A stretch of DNA of 60,521 bases, counting the filler, from Bipalium vagum (taxonomy: Eukaryota): NCBI GenBank assembly GCA_037834085.1. It is 3 parts of 3 records of this genome, joined end to end, with 100 filler letters (N's around TTAATTAATTAA, not from the genome) between each part and the next. Parts side by side here need not be neighbours in the genome. Positions count along the whole stretch, not along the records: positions 1 to 18,789 come from JBBMKC010019474.1; positions 18,890 to 39,490 come from JBBMKC010249714.1; 1 more part is not named here. One strand, given 5' to 3'. The stretch's first letter is position 1. The number at the start of each line of letters is the position of its first letter. Positions 12,686 to 25,110 of this stretch are shown one piece after another. Under the pieces are notes generated by a model. The model did not search any database, had not been told where the DNA came from, and saw only the letters and a list, made by a program, of their open reading frames with translations. Both the position numbers and the translations under genes were made by a program.

Positions 12686-14261
12686 ATTAGTTATGACTTT
12701 TCACAAAAATTCAACCACAATTGTCAAATAGTTTTGTACATATTTCTGTTTTTTCTTTTACTGGAATACCAAAAACTACGAATAGTTTTATTTATATTTA
12801 TATATAATATTATACCATGCATTTAATATTTGATATGGGTCTCATTATACTATGTAATTTTGATTGACACTAATAATACAACATTTACTATTTGCAATTT
12901 TGCATTAAATGAGATTTTATATTATATATAGAAATATTATTATTTTTATTATTATTATATTTATATTTATATATTCGTTAATTTTTTACGTTTTTCATTG
13001 TTTTATGAAATGATTCTGTCCCCTGAGATGATAATAGAGCTTTTATTTGTTGTTATGATAGGGAGGAGTAATTAATGGTATATTTTAATGCTTCAATACT
13101 TTCATATATTATTTTCAGAACAGTGGCGAGAAAATTATTCTTTATTCCATTAATTTTCAAAAGGAATAACATGTTTTCTTCAAAGCATATTATTTTCTTA
13201 TAATACATTTTCTGAAAACCGATAACCAGACTTGTTTGAACATTGGAAATAGTACTAAGTGACGTCCGTATCTATTTGTAAGCTGAAAGTTATAACAAAC
13301 AATTTGAAATATCACTGAGAATCTCTCTTCTTCTTATTATTAAAAGTATTCAATAATTAAAGGATTTTTTCACTTTTTTCATTTTAATTTTTTTCCATGC
13401 ATCTTTTTTGAATAAATAAATTATTATAAATAATCTAAAATTAGTTTTATGATTAATAAATATTTTTATTTATTTATTTTTTATCCATGATTACTTTTTG
13501 GGATTTTTAAAATTTAGATTTTCTTTTGCAATTAAACCAATAATAAAAAAATCTGAAATAACTCCATTAATTCCATTGAAAAGTAAATTAACAAAATTGT
13601 TAATTAAAATAAATTTAGCCTTAAATTTAAATTTTATTAACATGAAAAGCTCTACATTTAATATCTTATTCACTATTCTATTCTTTTACCACAAATCGGA
13701 ATTTTCAAAATTTTAATTATGAAAACACCAGATTTCAGTTTTATTTATTAAATTAATTTAATGATAAGATATAATTATTTAATTATTGATTTATTTAAAA
13801 ATCACTGTTAAAGATTATATTTAACATGAAATTTTAATTAATTTTACACGGATTTGAAATATTTATTATAATTATTTTAATTAATGTAAATTTATTATTA
13901 TTATTAAAACTTAAATTATGAGCTCAAAAATAAAAATTCAAAAAGTCTGAATAAACCCTTATGTATGCGTACTTAAGAATTTTTTTTCGACAAGTCTTAC
14001 CATTGTTTTGATATGCACCTTTGCAAGAACATTTACTATGAATTAAGATTTGATTTATTTCGTATAGTAAGTGTGAGTGGTCATATTAGTTTAAACTTAA
14101 TCGGAGATATCAGGATTCGAAAGATCAAATTTGTATTGTTTACTACAAATTTATACATACATGAACATGAATCATCAACAAATTTCTGTGAGCCTATGGT
14201 AATAAAAAGAAACACACAATAAATATATATAATAAATTATATCAAAAATTAAATTTTTTTT

Positions 14262-14680
14262 TCAGGGTTAACCAAAGGTTCGTGCGTTTTTTGTAAACTA
14301 TAAATAAAATAATTCTTAAGGACGATAGATTTATTGATCGCTTTAAGTAAGATATCATTTTATATTTTTTGAAATTGTCTTTAATATTAACTAAAATAGA
14401 TTTCAAAAAATTATTTTAAGAATTTATATTTTACCAATATGAAACTTTTAAAATTCAGGTAATTTTGCGCCATTATTGGAAACAAAATATAAATGTCAAG
14501 GAACCAGCTACAAAAATATGTGACTTTGAAGGATAATGTATCGCCTTCATATGCCCAGATCAAAAATGGTATAAAAATTTTAATGAAATTCATACCAATC
14601 TCGAGGATGACTCACGTTCCGGACGACCTTGGATTCCAAGACGATATTCGAAGCAGTTGAAAATAATCCATCAACCAGTA
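14262..14680 (+). mobile_element. mariner 5' relic
   Basis: TIR-like CAGGGTTAACCAAAGGTTCGTGCG, then ILRHYWKQN...KICDFEG...QKWYKNFNE..TNLEDDSRSGRP. Confidence 0.85.
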
Positions 14681-15599
14681 GTTGTGTGTTATAATTATTA
14701 TGATTTATTTTACCATTATAAAGTTATTATAAACTCTGGTTATTTGGCTCAATCGTGTATTCCTGGATTATTATTATTACCAAAATTCGGATCATGCTTT
14801 TTTACAGACAAATTACATCATTTTTTTATTAACAAGACAAGTCAGGTTTTTTATTTTATCAACAAGTTTACAGTTTTTTTATTGATCACAAATTCATAAA
14901 AGTCGTGACCTTGGCCGTGAGTTTTGAATTTTATTGTTATGTATGATGATTCGAATAATACAATTATATTTTTGCAATTGGTAGAGAATAGAAAATCTTC
15001 CATGTTATTAGACATTATAAGACTCGTTATCCAGCACTATTCAATTATAATGAGAGGTGAATGAAGAGCTTACCCTCAATTTCTAAAGAAGAAAAATTCT
15101 GTACATCTGATTGTGATTCAGCAGATGAGTTTTGTAAGAATGCCCCAGATGCTCATAAACAGAGAATCAAGTATATTTTGAAAAAAACTCAAGGTTAAGA
15201 TCTTCGTAACAAAGGGGGTACATGGTACGGTTCTGCAATCATGCCTTTATGAATGGATGTGAAAGACTAATATTCAAAAGAAGAATCCACAAGCCATTTT
15301 TGAATTAATCAAAATTGAAACTTATTGAACGTACTTGTTTTTCAATAATTCGTTCTTTAAAATAAATTTTGTATTAGAAAGTCATTTTGAATGTCTTGGC
15401 CATGTTTTTACTTTGAATAACAATTTCTATCAGGTACCAAGTTTTTTTTCCGGATATCAATTTTGATCAACAAAAAATAATCCCAAAATTCTTATACATC
15501 TATACACCTTGTTTTACAAGACAGTAATTTTAATTTTATATATTTGTTTGAATATTCATTTTAGAGCACCATTCAAATAATAATAAACTGCTTTTATAT

Positions 15600-16005
15600 T
15601 GTTTTTCTTCTTCTTTATTGGAGATTATAGATATCAGATTCCGCAGCCACCGAAATAATTGCTGAAGTTGAAGGTCCAGAATACATCAAGGCGTTGGTTT
15701 TTAAGTTCAATTCCGGTGGCACAAAACTCCAAAGTGTCGCTGATTCTGGAATATTAATCTCTCAAATATCTACTCTTCATTACCAATAAGATTGAACAAA
15801 ACATACCTCTGTAATTAATCGTAAAATTTTTAAATACCTAAATCACACATTATTAAATTACAACTTGACAAATCAATGGGAATTGAGCTATTACCATATT
15901 TTAATTACTTTCCGATAGTATAGCATCAAACTTCCACTTTTTCAACTACATAGTGCATTTTCTCGTGGTAACCGTTTCGAGAATAAGAAAGAAATTGTAT
16001 AACTT
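15600..16005 (+). mobile_element. internally deleted mariner relic
   Basis: N-terminal AATEIIAEVEG..RWF..FNSG segment followed by a degenerate C-terminal LP(H)..S(D)FHFF..RG.RFEN segment. Confidence 0.6.
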
Positions 16006-16019
16006 TTCAACATACTTGT

Positions 16020-16800
16020 TGCAATTTAACAGGGTTTTTCTCAGGTGTCAATTTGAGCCAGATTCAACAAGACTATTGGGCTTGTAATTCTCAAAAATAT
16101 GAATGCATCATTAGAAAGAAAATTGTGAAATTTGCGCAAAGGGATAAAGATGATCAAAATTCAGATCGTGGTAAGTTCAGAAGCGTCATTGAAAATATTG
16201 ATTTATTGATCGAGGATGAATTTAATTCAAGTCCAACCGTTCTGAGTCTTTCTAAAGCATTCATTGTTAGCTCAAATACAATTTTAAGACATTTGAAAAT
16301 AGTTGATAAGGTTAGAAAAGTTCAATCATTTGTTCAGCATTTATTGAACAAAAAAGACTTAAAATATTAAAATCTTTTTTGTTAAGCAAAAAAATGAATC
16401 CATTTTTAAGTAGTATCATAATAGGTGATGAAAAACGGGTTCTCTACATTAACCAAAGATATTCGGTACAATGGGTAAATGTCGATCAGTCATGTTTCAT
16501 TGTTCGAAACATGTTCGCTACCCACAAAAATGATTACGGTTTTTTATTTATGTCTGGTGTCACACATTTTTCATTGCTTTATGCTAGCGAGATTCTCACA
16601 GTAGACAAGTATTGAATTAATAATAATAATTCAAGAAAAAAATGAAGCCCCAAGTATCAATCATCAACAAGAAAGGAGTTATATGCAAAAAGATTTAGCA
16701 AAAGTTAACTCAATTAGTTATATAAAGTCCATAGAATCCACCATAGTTCTCAGACCTCTCATCAACGAATTATAGCTTGGTAAACAATTTGTCGGTAAAT
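16020..16800 (+). mobile_element. decayed mariner transposase
   Basis: ORFs 16053-16370 and 16379-16615 contain SSNTILRHLKIVDKVRK, FVQHLL (WVPHEL-like) and NPFLSSIIIGDEKRVLYIN. A degenerate PYSPDL lies near 16740. Confidence 0.85.
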
Positions 16801-17176
16801 GATATTCTATGCATGTTTTACACACTTAATGTACTAACATATCCAAAATTTAATATTCTTCTAATTATAAATTATTTAACTGTCATATTTTCTATGAAAT
16901 ATTTATATAACATATATACATAATATAAACACAACGTCATGTCATGGATATTTTAAATTTTAAAATCATGTAACCAATATTAAATAGCACCTTTCTATAA
17001 TTAATGTCCGGGTCGTATTATCGGACGAAAGAAATAGAATCCACCATGTCTTCTAATATAGGAATGACTTGTAGACAAATAAAAAAAATTGGAAATGACA
17101 TAAAAATGATACAAATTATTTATTTATGACAAAAACATTTATTTATTATTCATCTTCAGAAATAATAATCAATTCA

Positions 17177-17285
17177 TCATTTTTCAGCATAATTTTCATA
17201 ATCAACGACATCTTGATTATTGTGCACTGTAAGGCTTTGATTTACTAATTGGCCCAATCGTTCATATTTGTATATTGCGGTCTTG
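17177..17285 (-). CDS. candidate terminal exon of an unidentified minus-strand gene
   Basis: Acceptor TTTAG|C completes the phase-2 codon AG+C from exon 17604-17699. Reads (S)KTAIYKYERLGQLVNQSLTVHNNQDVVDYENYAEK*, with AATAAA about 30 nt downstream. Confidence 0.5.
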
Positions 17286-17603
17286 CTAAATTTCTGACCA
17301 GGGAACAAATATCCAGAAATTAAATGAAGGTTATATAGGGTCAATCATTACACAATAAGATATTGGTTATGTAATATTTGTTAGCCAATAGAAGCCATCT
17401 GGCTTCTATTATAGTAAGGGCTTTAATTATAGAAAAGACGATACAATGTATCATAAAATTTCAATTAAATCAATAATTAAATAATTAAATTAAATAAAAC
17501 GTTAAAAAAATAAATAATTCAAAGTACAATTGTAATATAACCTAATTTGTCTTTAAATTCCTGGATAAATTAACAATTATAACTTAATTTTATTAATTAA
17601 TAC

Positions 17604-17699
17604 CTGTTAACTTTAGTAATTGGATGATATTCTGCGTCAACAGTTAACAGTTTCTGGTATTTCAACTTCCAGTTGCTCTGTGCTTTCTTTTTCAAAGGC
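17604..17699 (-). CDS. internal coding exon (96 nt, phase 2-2) of an unidentified gene
   Basis: TATTTCAG| acceptor and |GTATTA donor. Open frame PLKKKAQSNWKLKYQKLLTVDAEYHPITKVN, GC-richer than its flanks. Confidence 0.65.
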
Positions 17700-17959
17700 C
17701 TGAAATAATAAATAATACTTTTGCATTTATAATTTTATAATTAATAAAAAAAGTTAGATAAAACTTGAAACAGAAAATATTAAATAATATTAACTCAATT
17801 TTTTCTCCATCACCATATCCAGAAATTCAAAATTAATTGAATAAATAAAGTTGTGTGAAACACAAACAATACTCGTGTAATAAACGATATTCAGTTTTAT
17901 ATGAAATAACGAAATAATAAAAAAATCTTATCAAAGTACTTACGAAATCTAAAACTCAC

Positions 17960-17986
17960 CTTCGATTAACGATAGTGATTCTAAGC
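17960..17986 (-). CDS. 27-nt micro-exon (phase 2-2)
   Basis: Strong pyrimidine tract TTTCCATATTTCCATTTCCACAAG| and consensus donor |GTGAGT. Reads LRITIVNR in phase with its neighbours. Confidence 0.55.
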
Positions 17987-18038
17987 CTTGTGGAAATGGA
18001 AATATGGAAAAATATGAACAATCTCTGATCATAAGTAC

Positions 18039-18094
18039 CTTCCACATTGGAATGCACTTCTTCCCGAGGGGTTATTAAAAATATTTTCAGGATT
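18039..18094 (-). CDS. candidate coding exon (56 nt, phase 0-2)
   Basis: TTTTTAATTATAG| acceptor and |GTACTT donor of a 52-nt intron. Reads NPENIFNNPSGRSAFQCG(R). Confidence 0.45.
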
Positions 18095-18489
18095 CTATAA
18101 TTAAAAACGTTATTGGTGATGAGGATCAATGGAAATATAATGTAAAAGTGGACTTCATCAAAATGTTCTCAACAAATTATATTCTTATTATTTTCTCAAT
18201 TATATATGTCAAAGTTTTATCAAAAATGACTGAATTTAATTAGGAATAAAGAGACAATTATGTTCGTTTTGATGTATATTTAATCTATGTAAATAATAAT
18301 TATTCCCACATAAAAAATAAATGGTCTCAGAATTTGAGTGTTGTGTAAAATTGAAATTTTCATTTATTATAATTGAAATTGTTTATATATTTTAATATGC
18401 ATAACACATTTAAAGTTTTGTTTGAATCAATCACTTTATTATTGTTTAGCGTATGCTTGAATTTGATTTGTGATTTATTATTTTTAATA

Positions 18490-18680
18490 TTGAAACAATT
18501 CAGTATCTCGCAGTTATCAAACTTTTTATTCTAGAAAAATTAAGTGCATCGGAAATTCATATTTAAATTGGTAAAGTATTAGAAGTATCTGAATCTTTAT
18601 TTTCTACTGTCCATTCATATGCTTTGTAGTTCAAATGTGGTTGACCAAGCATTGAAGATGATGAAATGTACTTCCCCGGA
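18490..18680 (+). mobile_element. mariner N-terminal relic (irritans-like)
   Basis: YLAVIKLFILEKLSASEIH...STV....FKCG*PSIEDDE matches YRAVIKFL..EG....EIH...EFKRGRTS.EDD. Confidence 0.75.
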
Positions 18681-18789
18681 AATTAATTTATGAATTAATC
18701 ACATTGTATTGAGTTAAGGAAATAGTAAAGTCGTTTTTTTAATATCATTTTGTGAAGTTGTTTAAATAATATTTATTGATTTGACGAAT

Positions 18790-18889
18790 NNNNNNNNNNN
18801 NNNNNNNNNNNNNNNNNNNNNNNNNNNNNNNNNTTAATTAATTAANNNNNNNNNNNNNNNNNNNNNNNNNNNNNNNNNNNNNNNNNNNN
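18790..18889. other. assembly gap with artificial six-frame stop linker (44N-TTAATTAATTAA-44N)
   Basis: Exactly 100 nt, and identical in structure to 39491-39590. Confidence 0.95.
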
Positions 18890-19149
18890 TATTATTATCT
18901 TATTTAATGAATTTTTATCCAACTTTAATTTTTTCATTAATATTCTTACCAAATTAATACAAATATTTCTGACAAACTTTCTTCATCATTTACCTTCTGT
19001 TTTAGGTACAAAGATTACTTAGTTTCATATTATTATTTATATTATATATATAATATGATTTAGCATTGGATTTTGATTTGTATCTTTTAAAAAGAGCACA
19101 AGTTAAAAATGATAGTACAACTACAATTAATGAACTCACCACAATAATG

Positions 19150-20270
19150 GAATCTTTTTTTGAAATAGGAGAGTATAGACTAGGACATTTGTATTGGAAA
19201 AATGATTGTCGACCCCTCAAAAATTGATTTACATCATTAAACAGTCGATAACCTCTGTATGTTATTAAACAAAGGTCTATCATTATCATTATAATACGTA
19301 TGAATAACGTGTTAAAACAAAGTCCTTGCAATTTCCAAAGAGGATTGTATAAAAATTTTAATTGAAGTCGTTTTTTTTTATTATATAATGCGTTTGAAAT
19401 ATTTTGCTTTATAATTTTACTTGTGGCTGATTCCATATAACGAAAAGACAATGACATGTTGATATGCAGTTGATGAATTTTGAGGGGTTTCGGATTCAGG
19501 AGATTTGAGGATATTCCTTTCAGATATTCATATCTAAAATGATAAAATAATTTTTCTAATAACATTTTTAAATGGTTTCAGCATAAAATTTAATTCTCTG
19601 TTCTGAAAGGTTTTATGTTTTTATAATTCGAAATAATTCAATATAGACTCTAAAAAGCATGATAAATAAGATCGAAATTTTATGGTGTAAAATTAGCTTG
19701 GCACTAAAGAATAGGTGATATTATATTCTTTAAATATTGACATAATATTGTTTAAATGTGACAGATAAATTGACAGATATTTGACTTTCTTAATAAAAAA
19801 TTTATATTGTTTTTTTTTGTTTAAATTAGAGAAAATAAAATTATTTGTGTGGCAAAACATTTGACTCATTCTGGATTTTTCATCAAAGCTTGGTTCTTTT
19901 CCACGAGATTTTTGAACATTTTGTTTAATGTTTCTTAAAATATGCTTTGGAATTTAAAAACCTCAAGTTGCATTTTGCATTAAATCATATGAAAATATTT
20001 TTTTATAATAACTGTATGATTTCTTTGAATGTTGACATGTCATATTGGTTTCTTGAAATCACATTTCCACCATAAGTAACCTCCATATGGGTAATGTCAT
20101 GTCATAAAAAGTTTGTAATCATCTATTGATAATGATTCCAAAGTTTTTTGAGTTATTACACAAATTTTGTTTTTTATATCCACAAGATTGATAATTATAT
20201 TTTTTGACAAATCTATGGTAAAATTTAAAGGTAATAATAAAATTTTGATCGAAAATGCAATATCAATTTG
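19150..20270 (-). mobile_element. probable Helitron Pif1-like helicase relic
   Basis: Degenerate motifs in the expected order: LPL...KTLESL..D, PYGG....CDF (PFGG..GDFRQ), KQNV (L..NMR), ILTP*N-like, EYLKGISS..P.PLK (EFLNSL..SG.PPH.L) and KRLQ...KLQG (KRLQFP..KSQG). Many stops and frameshifts. Confidence 0.45.
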
Positions 20271-20276
20271 TTTGTA

Positions 20277-21007
20277 CAGTGCAAATTCTATTTTGGACCA
20301 ATTTCTGAAATGGACCACTTCTATAATCGTACCAAACTACATATTTGGACCAATAATTTGTACTTATCATATTTCTCGATATTTTCATTAAAAAAAATAA
20401 ATAAAAAATAAATAAAAATAAAAAATTCTTGGTCCGAAAATTCAATAATTTGTCTTAAAATTTAATAATTTAAAATTATCATATGAAGATATATTTGGTT
20501 GGCAACTAAGTTCGTGCGCTTTTTAATATAAACATTTTTCAAACTTATATATTAAAAATATCTTATTTCAATTGTTGTTTTAATAATTAAATCTTGTTAG
20601 CGGAAATTGAATTTACAAGATGGATGATAAAAATATGCATTTTTGCCATATCTCAAGAGTTCTACGAACGTGGCATTATGAATTTAGTGGAAAGATGGCA
20701 GAAGGTCATTCTTAATTATGGTGAACATATCATTGATTAAAACTGTTTTTATCAAAAAAAATTTATGGTTTTCATTTCATCCTAAAAAGCGCACGAACTT
20801 AGTTGCCAACCCAATATATAATATTGCCAAACATATATATATTATTATTTATTGGACTTATTGTTGTTAAATTTCTATTATTACATCCAAATAAGTTCAT
20901 ATGAAACATGTTTTAGAGCCTTTTTATGTCTTAACTTCTAATATCGGACCAACTTCTATTTTTGGACCACTTTTGAAATTTTGTGGTTCAAAATAGAAAT
21001 TGCACTG
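20277..21007. mobile_element. pogo/Tigger-like non-autonomous element with GGACCA subterminal repeats
   Basis: TIRs CAGTGCAAATTCTATTTTGGACCA and CAGTGCAATTTCTATTTTGAACCA (reverse complement), TA on both sides, and repeated (T)GGACCA motifs near both ends. Confidence 0.85.
20494..20814 (+). mobile_element. 321-bp mariner deletion derivative (mellifera-like TIR) nested in the Tigger-like element
   Basis: TIRs TT(T/G)GGTTGGCAACTAAGTTCGTGCGCTTTTTA with one mismatch, TA flanks. Start MDDKNMHF is joined out of frame to the C-terminal QEFYERGIMNLVERWQKVILNYGEHIID*. Confidence 0.95.
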
Positions 21008-21109
21008 TATTTGAAATCCAAACATTAAAAATTTTGTATTTAAAATTGAATGTTTACTATTAACAGTAAGCTCTACCTTTGATTCATAAAATATAACCCA
21101 AATTTAATG

Positions 21110-21570
21110 ATTTCTCTTAGTTTAATTTTAGATTGCTTAGGTCAAAATGTAGTGTTTGATAATTTTAAATGAAAGCAGTAGTCAGTCTGAAATCAGTCTG
21201 GTACTATGATATCAGAACATTTATCAACGGATCAGGGGGGTCGTGGATCCCATCAAAATACCAAACACTCGGAGCATTTGGATTTTAAAAAGCAGAAATT
21301 AATTCAATTATGGAAATCATTAATACCCATAATATCTTGAAAAAATTCATAGCCAGAGCAGAGACAAACATTTAAAAACTTCCCCGTGTCATGACAACCA
21401 TATCTTTGATTTGAAATAAATCACTGTATTTTTTCTCTTAGTTCAATTTTAGATTATTTAGGTTCAGTAGCGTAGATGAAAGTTTCGAAAATGAGAAGCA
21501 GTAAAAATGTAATGGTTGATAATGATGAATGAAAACAATAATCAATCTGATCTGATATATTGAGATTTTG
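21110..21570 (+). repeat. diverged direct duplication, period about 320 bp
   Basis: TTTCTCTTAGTTTAATTTTTAGATTGCTTAGGT...AAGCAGTA (about 21111) versus TTTCTCTTAGTTCAATTTTTAGATTATTTAGGT...AAGCAGTA (about 21432). Confidence 0.65.
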
Positions 21571-22749
21571 AAGGATACGTTATATTGTTTGTTTTAATGA
21601 CGAATATTTTTGAAAATGAAAATAATGAAAATGATAAAATATTTAAGCCAATTTTTTTCACTTCTATTAAAGCCCTTTACTTCAATTCAAATATAAATCC
21701 AAGAATTAGAAAATGTTTTAAATGGTTTTTAAACACTCATGGAACACCGTTAGTACCTACAACTTAAAGATGGTTGTGAAAGCTAAGGAGACTACATAAA
21801 ACTATTGATGTTAATAATAAATAAAATGTATAGATAATTTTTGTGGATTATAAATAAATCTTGCGCTCTAAATTTATTAAAGATTTTATTAACAGTTTTC
21901 GCATAGTGACCATTATTTACTTCACAAAAATAAATTCCGTAAATATTAATTTTTGGGTTTTCAACTGAAAATTTAATTGAAACATTTAAACAAAATCAAA
22001 TTTTTTTGCTAAACATTTAATTTTTAGGATGTTATTTCTGTTGAAAATTTTATAGAAATTGTTATATGATGTACACGATTTTCCATAAAATTCAAAAAAT
22101 CGAACTATTCAGATCATAATTTCCCCAATTCTGCTTCATCTGCAAATTTGATTGACTCTAATTTGTTCGTCTATGTTATGTGTAAATGAATTATACTTAT
22201 ATTATGGACTACTTTCGCAATTGTTCTATCAATATTTAATGATGTGATATTTTACATGTCTTCTGCGTTGAAATGTTGCTGATCCTACATAAATCAAAGG
22301 ATGTACCAATATTGTCCTAGAACTGCCAAGATGTTAACAAGTTCTCAGTTCAGATATGCATTTATATGTTTCACTTAACCTTACAATTATATTATATTAT
22401 ATATATCTTAATTATAAGGCAAATATTTTGAAAAAAGATCTGAATCAAAATTTCTTTTTATAGAACTTATCGCAATCTTTTCCATTGTATCAAATATTTA
22501 ATATGAAACTTTAGTATTGATATTTGCCTCTAATATAGTCGGATTTCTAACGCCTTTTATAAAAAAATTCATATATCAATTCATAACAGGATGTTGTTCA
22601 ATGTCTTTGACAAAAACACTATCAGATCGTTAATGAATTCATAAAATAATTATTTAATATTTAGATTAATGATAATATTAATGTTAAATTGAATATTGCG
22701 TATTGGATATTATACCTATATCACATATACATTGTATATCACATAGTAT

Positions 22750-23830
22750 TATCAGGCTGCTCAAAAATATCGCTGTTTAACACTGAACTTTGAACGCTTT
22801 TATTTTGATGAAAACAAAGTATTATTAATCGAAATAAGAACCATTCGATAGCAAACAAGACAGAAGTTTATTTATGCCCATTGAGTAAAAAATTACGGAG
22901 TTCTGAAATCGATGAAATTCTAAGACTTTTTTGAATCATCCTGATTTCTGAAAGAAAATTTCACTTAGAAAAGTTTGATAAATATTTAAAGTAGTGATAA
23001 TTAGTGAGAGAAAGATATGGCGAGTATGATAGATGAAGCAGGGTTTTAGAGTGCAACTGGTTCAATATTTTTAAGATCCATTTTTCAGCATGCCGAATAT
23101 TATCATAGAGAAGAATCGTTTTTTTCTCATTGACTAATGATTGCTGCTATTGTCGAAGTTTAAAATATACCGCGTCGATTTCATAAAAATTTTTCTCTGC
23201 CGTAATGGTTTCACGCAGGTTTAGAGAAACTCTAATGAATGAGACCGGGCGCAGATCATCAACAGTCTCCATCATCTCATTTTGTTTTAAATTTGGTTTT
23301 GGACAATGTTGCACAGTTTGATCAGCATCACCTTTGAACTGAGCAACGCGAGGATATCATACATAATTCACTCTTCATCGCACTTCACAATGGGGTTGAA
23401 AAAGGAATTATTATTTTTGTGCAAAATGAGCGAAGATACAACTTGAAATTAATGATTTCTGTAATTTCTGAGCAATTGATGAGGAACTCGCTTATCTAAC
23501 ATTTTTGGTTTAATATTTTGTTCAAAGTTATTTCAAGTTACTCTAATAGAAAAATCCATTTCTTCTGCAAGTTCTGGAACTTGTTTTCATGAATTGCTTT
23601 CTAATAAAGCATTCAACTTACCCTTTTCATGATAGTCTTTTATTAACGACCTTCTTCAAGTGTCTCATATCAATCCATAATTTTTAAAATGCTATTGAAA
23701 TACGCGTTTGTTTTTCTGTTTCTTTTTTATATGCGCTGCTGATGTTACGACTGGCTTACGCCTCGTCATGGTCCAGTTTAAATTTATATAAGAAAATTAA
23801 ACGTAATTGCTTCTTTTCCCTAATAAGTTC
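22750..23830 (-). mobile_element. near full-length decayed mariner (cecropia-like)
   Basis: EKKQLRLIFLYKFKL..ASRNISSAY; IVKCDEE*IMYD; degenerate KVMVTVWWS; C-terminal EFIDFRTP...NGSYFD*. TIR-like TCAGGCTGCTCAAAAA near 22752. Confidence 0.85.
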
Positions 23831-23949
23831 TTTAAACAACAAAACAAAATCAAAAATTCTTTTTTCTCTTATAATATTTATGTTTCAAAAAATTATTATT
23901 AGGCAAATTCTCTGGCTTGCAATGTTTTGGCACATAATTGATGCTGCGC

Positions 23950-24500
23950 TTCTTTCGAGTAATAAGAATTAAGATCTGACCAAAACATAATTTCATCATT
24001 TTTGTGATAAAATTTTTCAATTAACCCGTGCATTTGGTGATATAACATTTTGTATTGATTGCCTCACCTGACGGAACAATGTAATTTTGGCTTAGGTCAT
24101 TTTCGGAGGTAATCCAAACCAGTAATTTTGACTCAAATTTTCATATTCTCTTTAGTTTTATTTTGCTAAGCGTTACTTCGATATCTGGTGTATAAAATCC
24201 AGAATTAGTAGCCAGATCGTTTTTTGACAAGCGAAAATATGACACATCATCCAAAACCAAATTTTTTACACAAAAAAAGGCTGACTAACGGTTGACATTT
24301 TTGAGAACTACAGCTTGCTGAGCTATTGTGCGATTTCGGACCTTTTCCTTTTTCATGTATCGATTATCCGTCTATTCTTTTAAAATGTGGCATACATACT
24401 GTTGGGTAATATTGAATTTTAAAGCCACCTTTCTTTGCGAAATACCGTGAGTATGATCTATCATATTCTTCAGGCTCTGCACCGATTTCGATTAACAAAG
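23950..24500 (-). mobile_element. ITm (IS630-Tc1-mariner) DD37E-like transposase relic
   Basis: GISQRKVALKFNITQQYVCHIL (HTH), VLDDVSYF, FESKLLVWI, SGEAINTKCYITKC and FWSDLNSY resemble the LDDESYF / K.LVW.AIS / FWPDLASSHY motifs of DD37E elements. Confidence 0.7.
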
Positions 24501-24955
24501 AAGAATATTGAGCTTATTTCGTTTTCTGTATCCAAAGTATTTGCACTGTAAAATCAGCAGTTATACACTATTAGAATATAGGTATAATGTTTTGATTAAT
24601 AAATTCAATAACACTATTCAAATTATCAGAACATTTGTTGACTTCAAAGGATGTTTTGATAAGGCGTTTAGTGCTGTCAAGGTAATTTATAATTTATCGA
24701 ACTTATTTATGCACGAAAACACTAAAAGGATTGTACTTGACAACTATGCCTACTTGGCTTCTTATGAGTGGCAACGAGATATAAGGAAAGTACTAAAGGA
24801 ATGTAACATGAAATTGATGGAGGGAAATGTCGGGAAATTATTTTGTTCCCTTTCACTTTTTTCTTTTATATTTTGCGTTTTATCAATTTTTAATAGACAT
24901 TACATTTCTATTTGAATATATTTGATTATTGTTGAAACTGGAGTTGTTTATTGTT

Positions 24956-25110
24956 NNNNNNNNNNNNNNNNNNNNNNNNNNNNNNNNNNNNNNNNNNNNN
25001 NNNNNNNNNNNNNNNNNNNNNNNNNNNNNNNNNNNNNNNNNNNNNNNNNNNNNNNNNNNNNNNNNNNNNNNNNNNNNNNNNNNNNNNNNNNNNNNNNNNN
25101 NNNNNNNNNN
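24956..25110. other. assembly gap (N run)
   Basis: 155 N with no linker. Confidence 0.98.

Noticed and set aside
16993-17039. GTCCG…CGGAC-GAAA hairpin with TTCTAT/ATAGAA flanks, hammerhead-like
   Set aside because: The CUGAUGA core is absent (TTAATG), and there is no stem III or cleavage triplet.
24508-24915. 135-aa ORF with FVDFKGCFDK resembling a LINE RT motif
   Set aside because: Isolated motif with no other RT motifs (QG, YADD) nearby, and it lies next to a gap.
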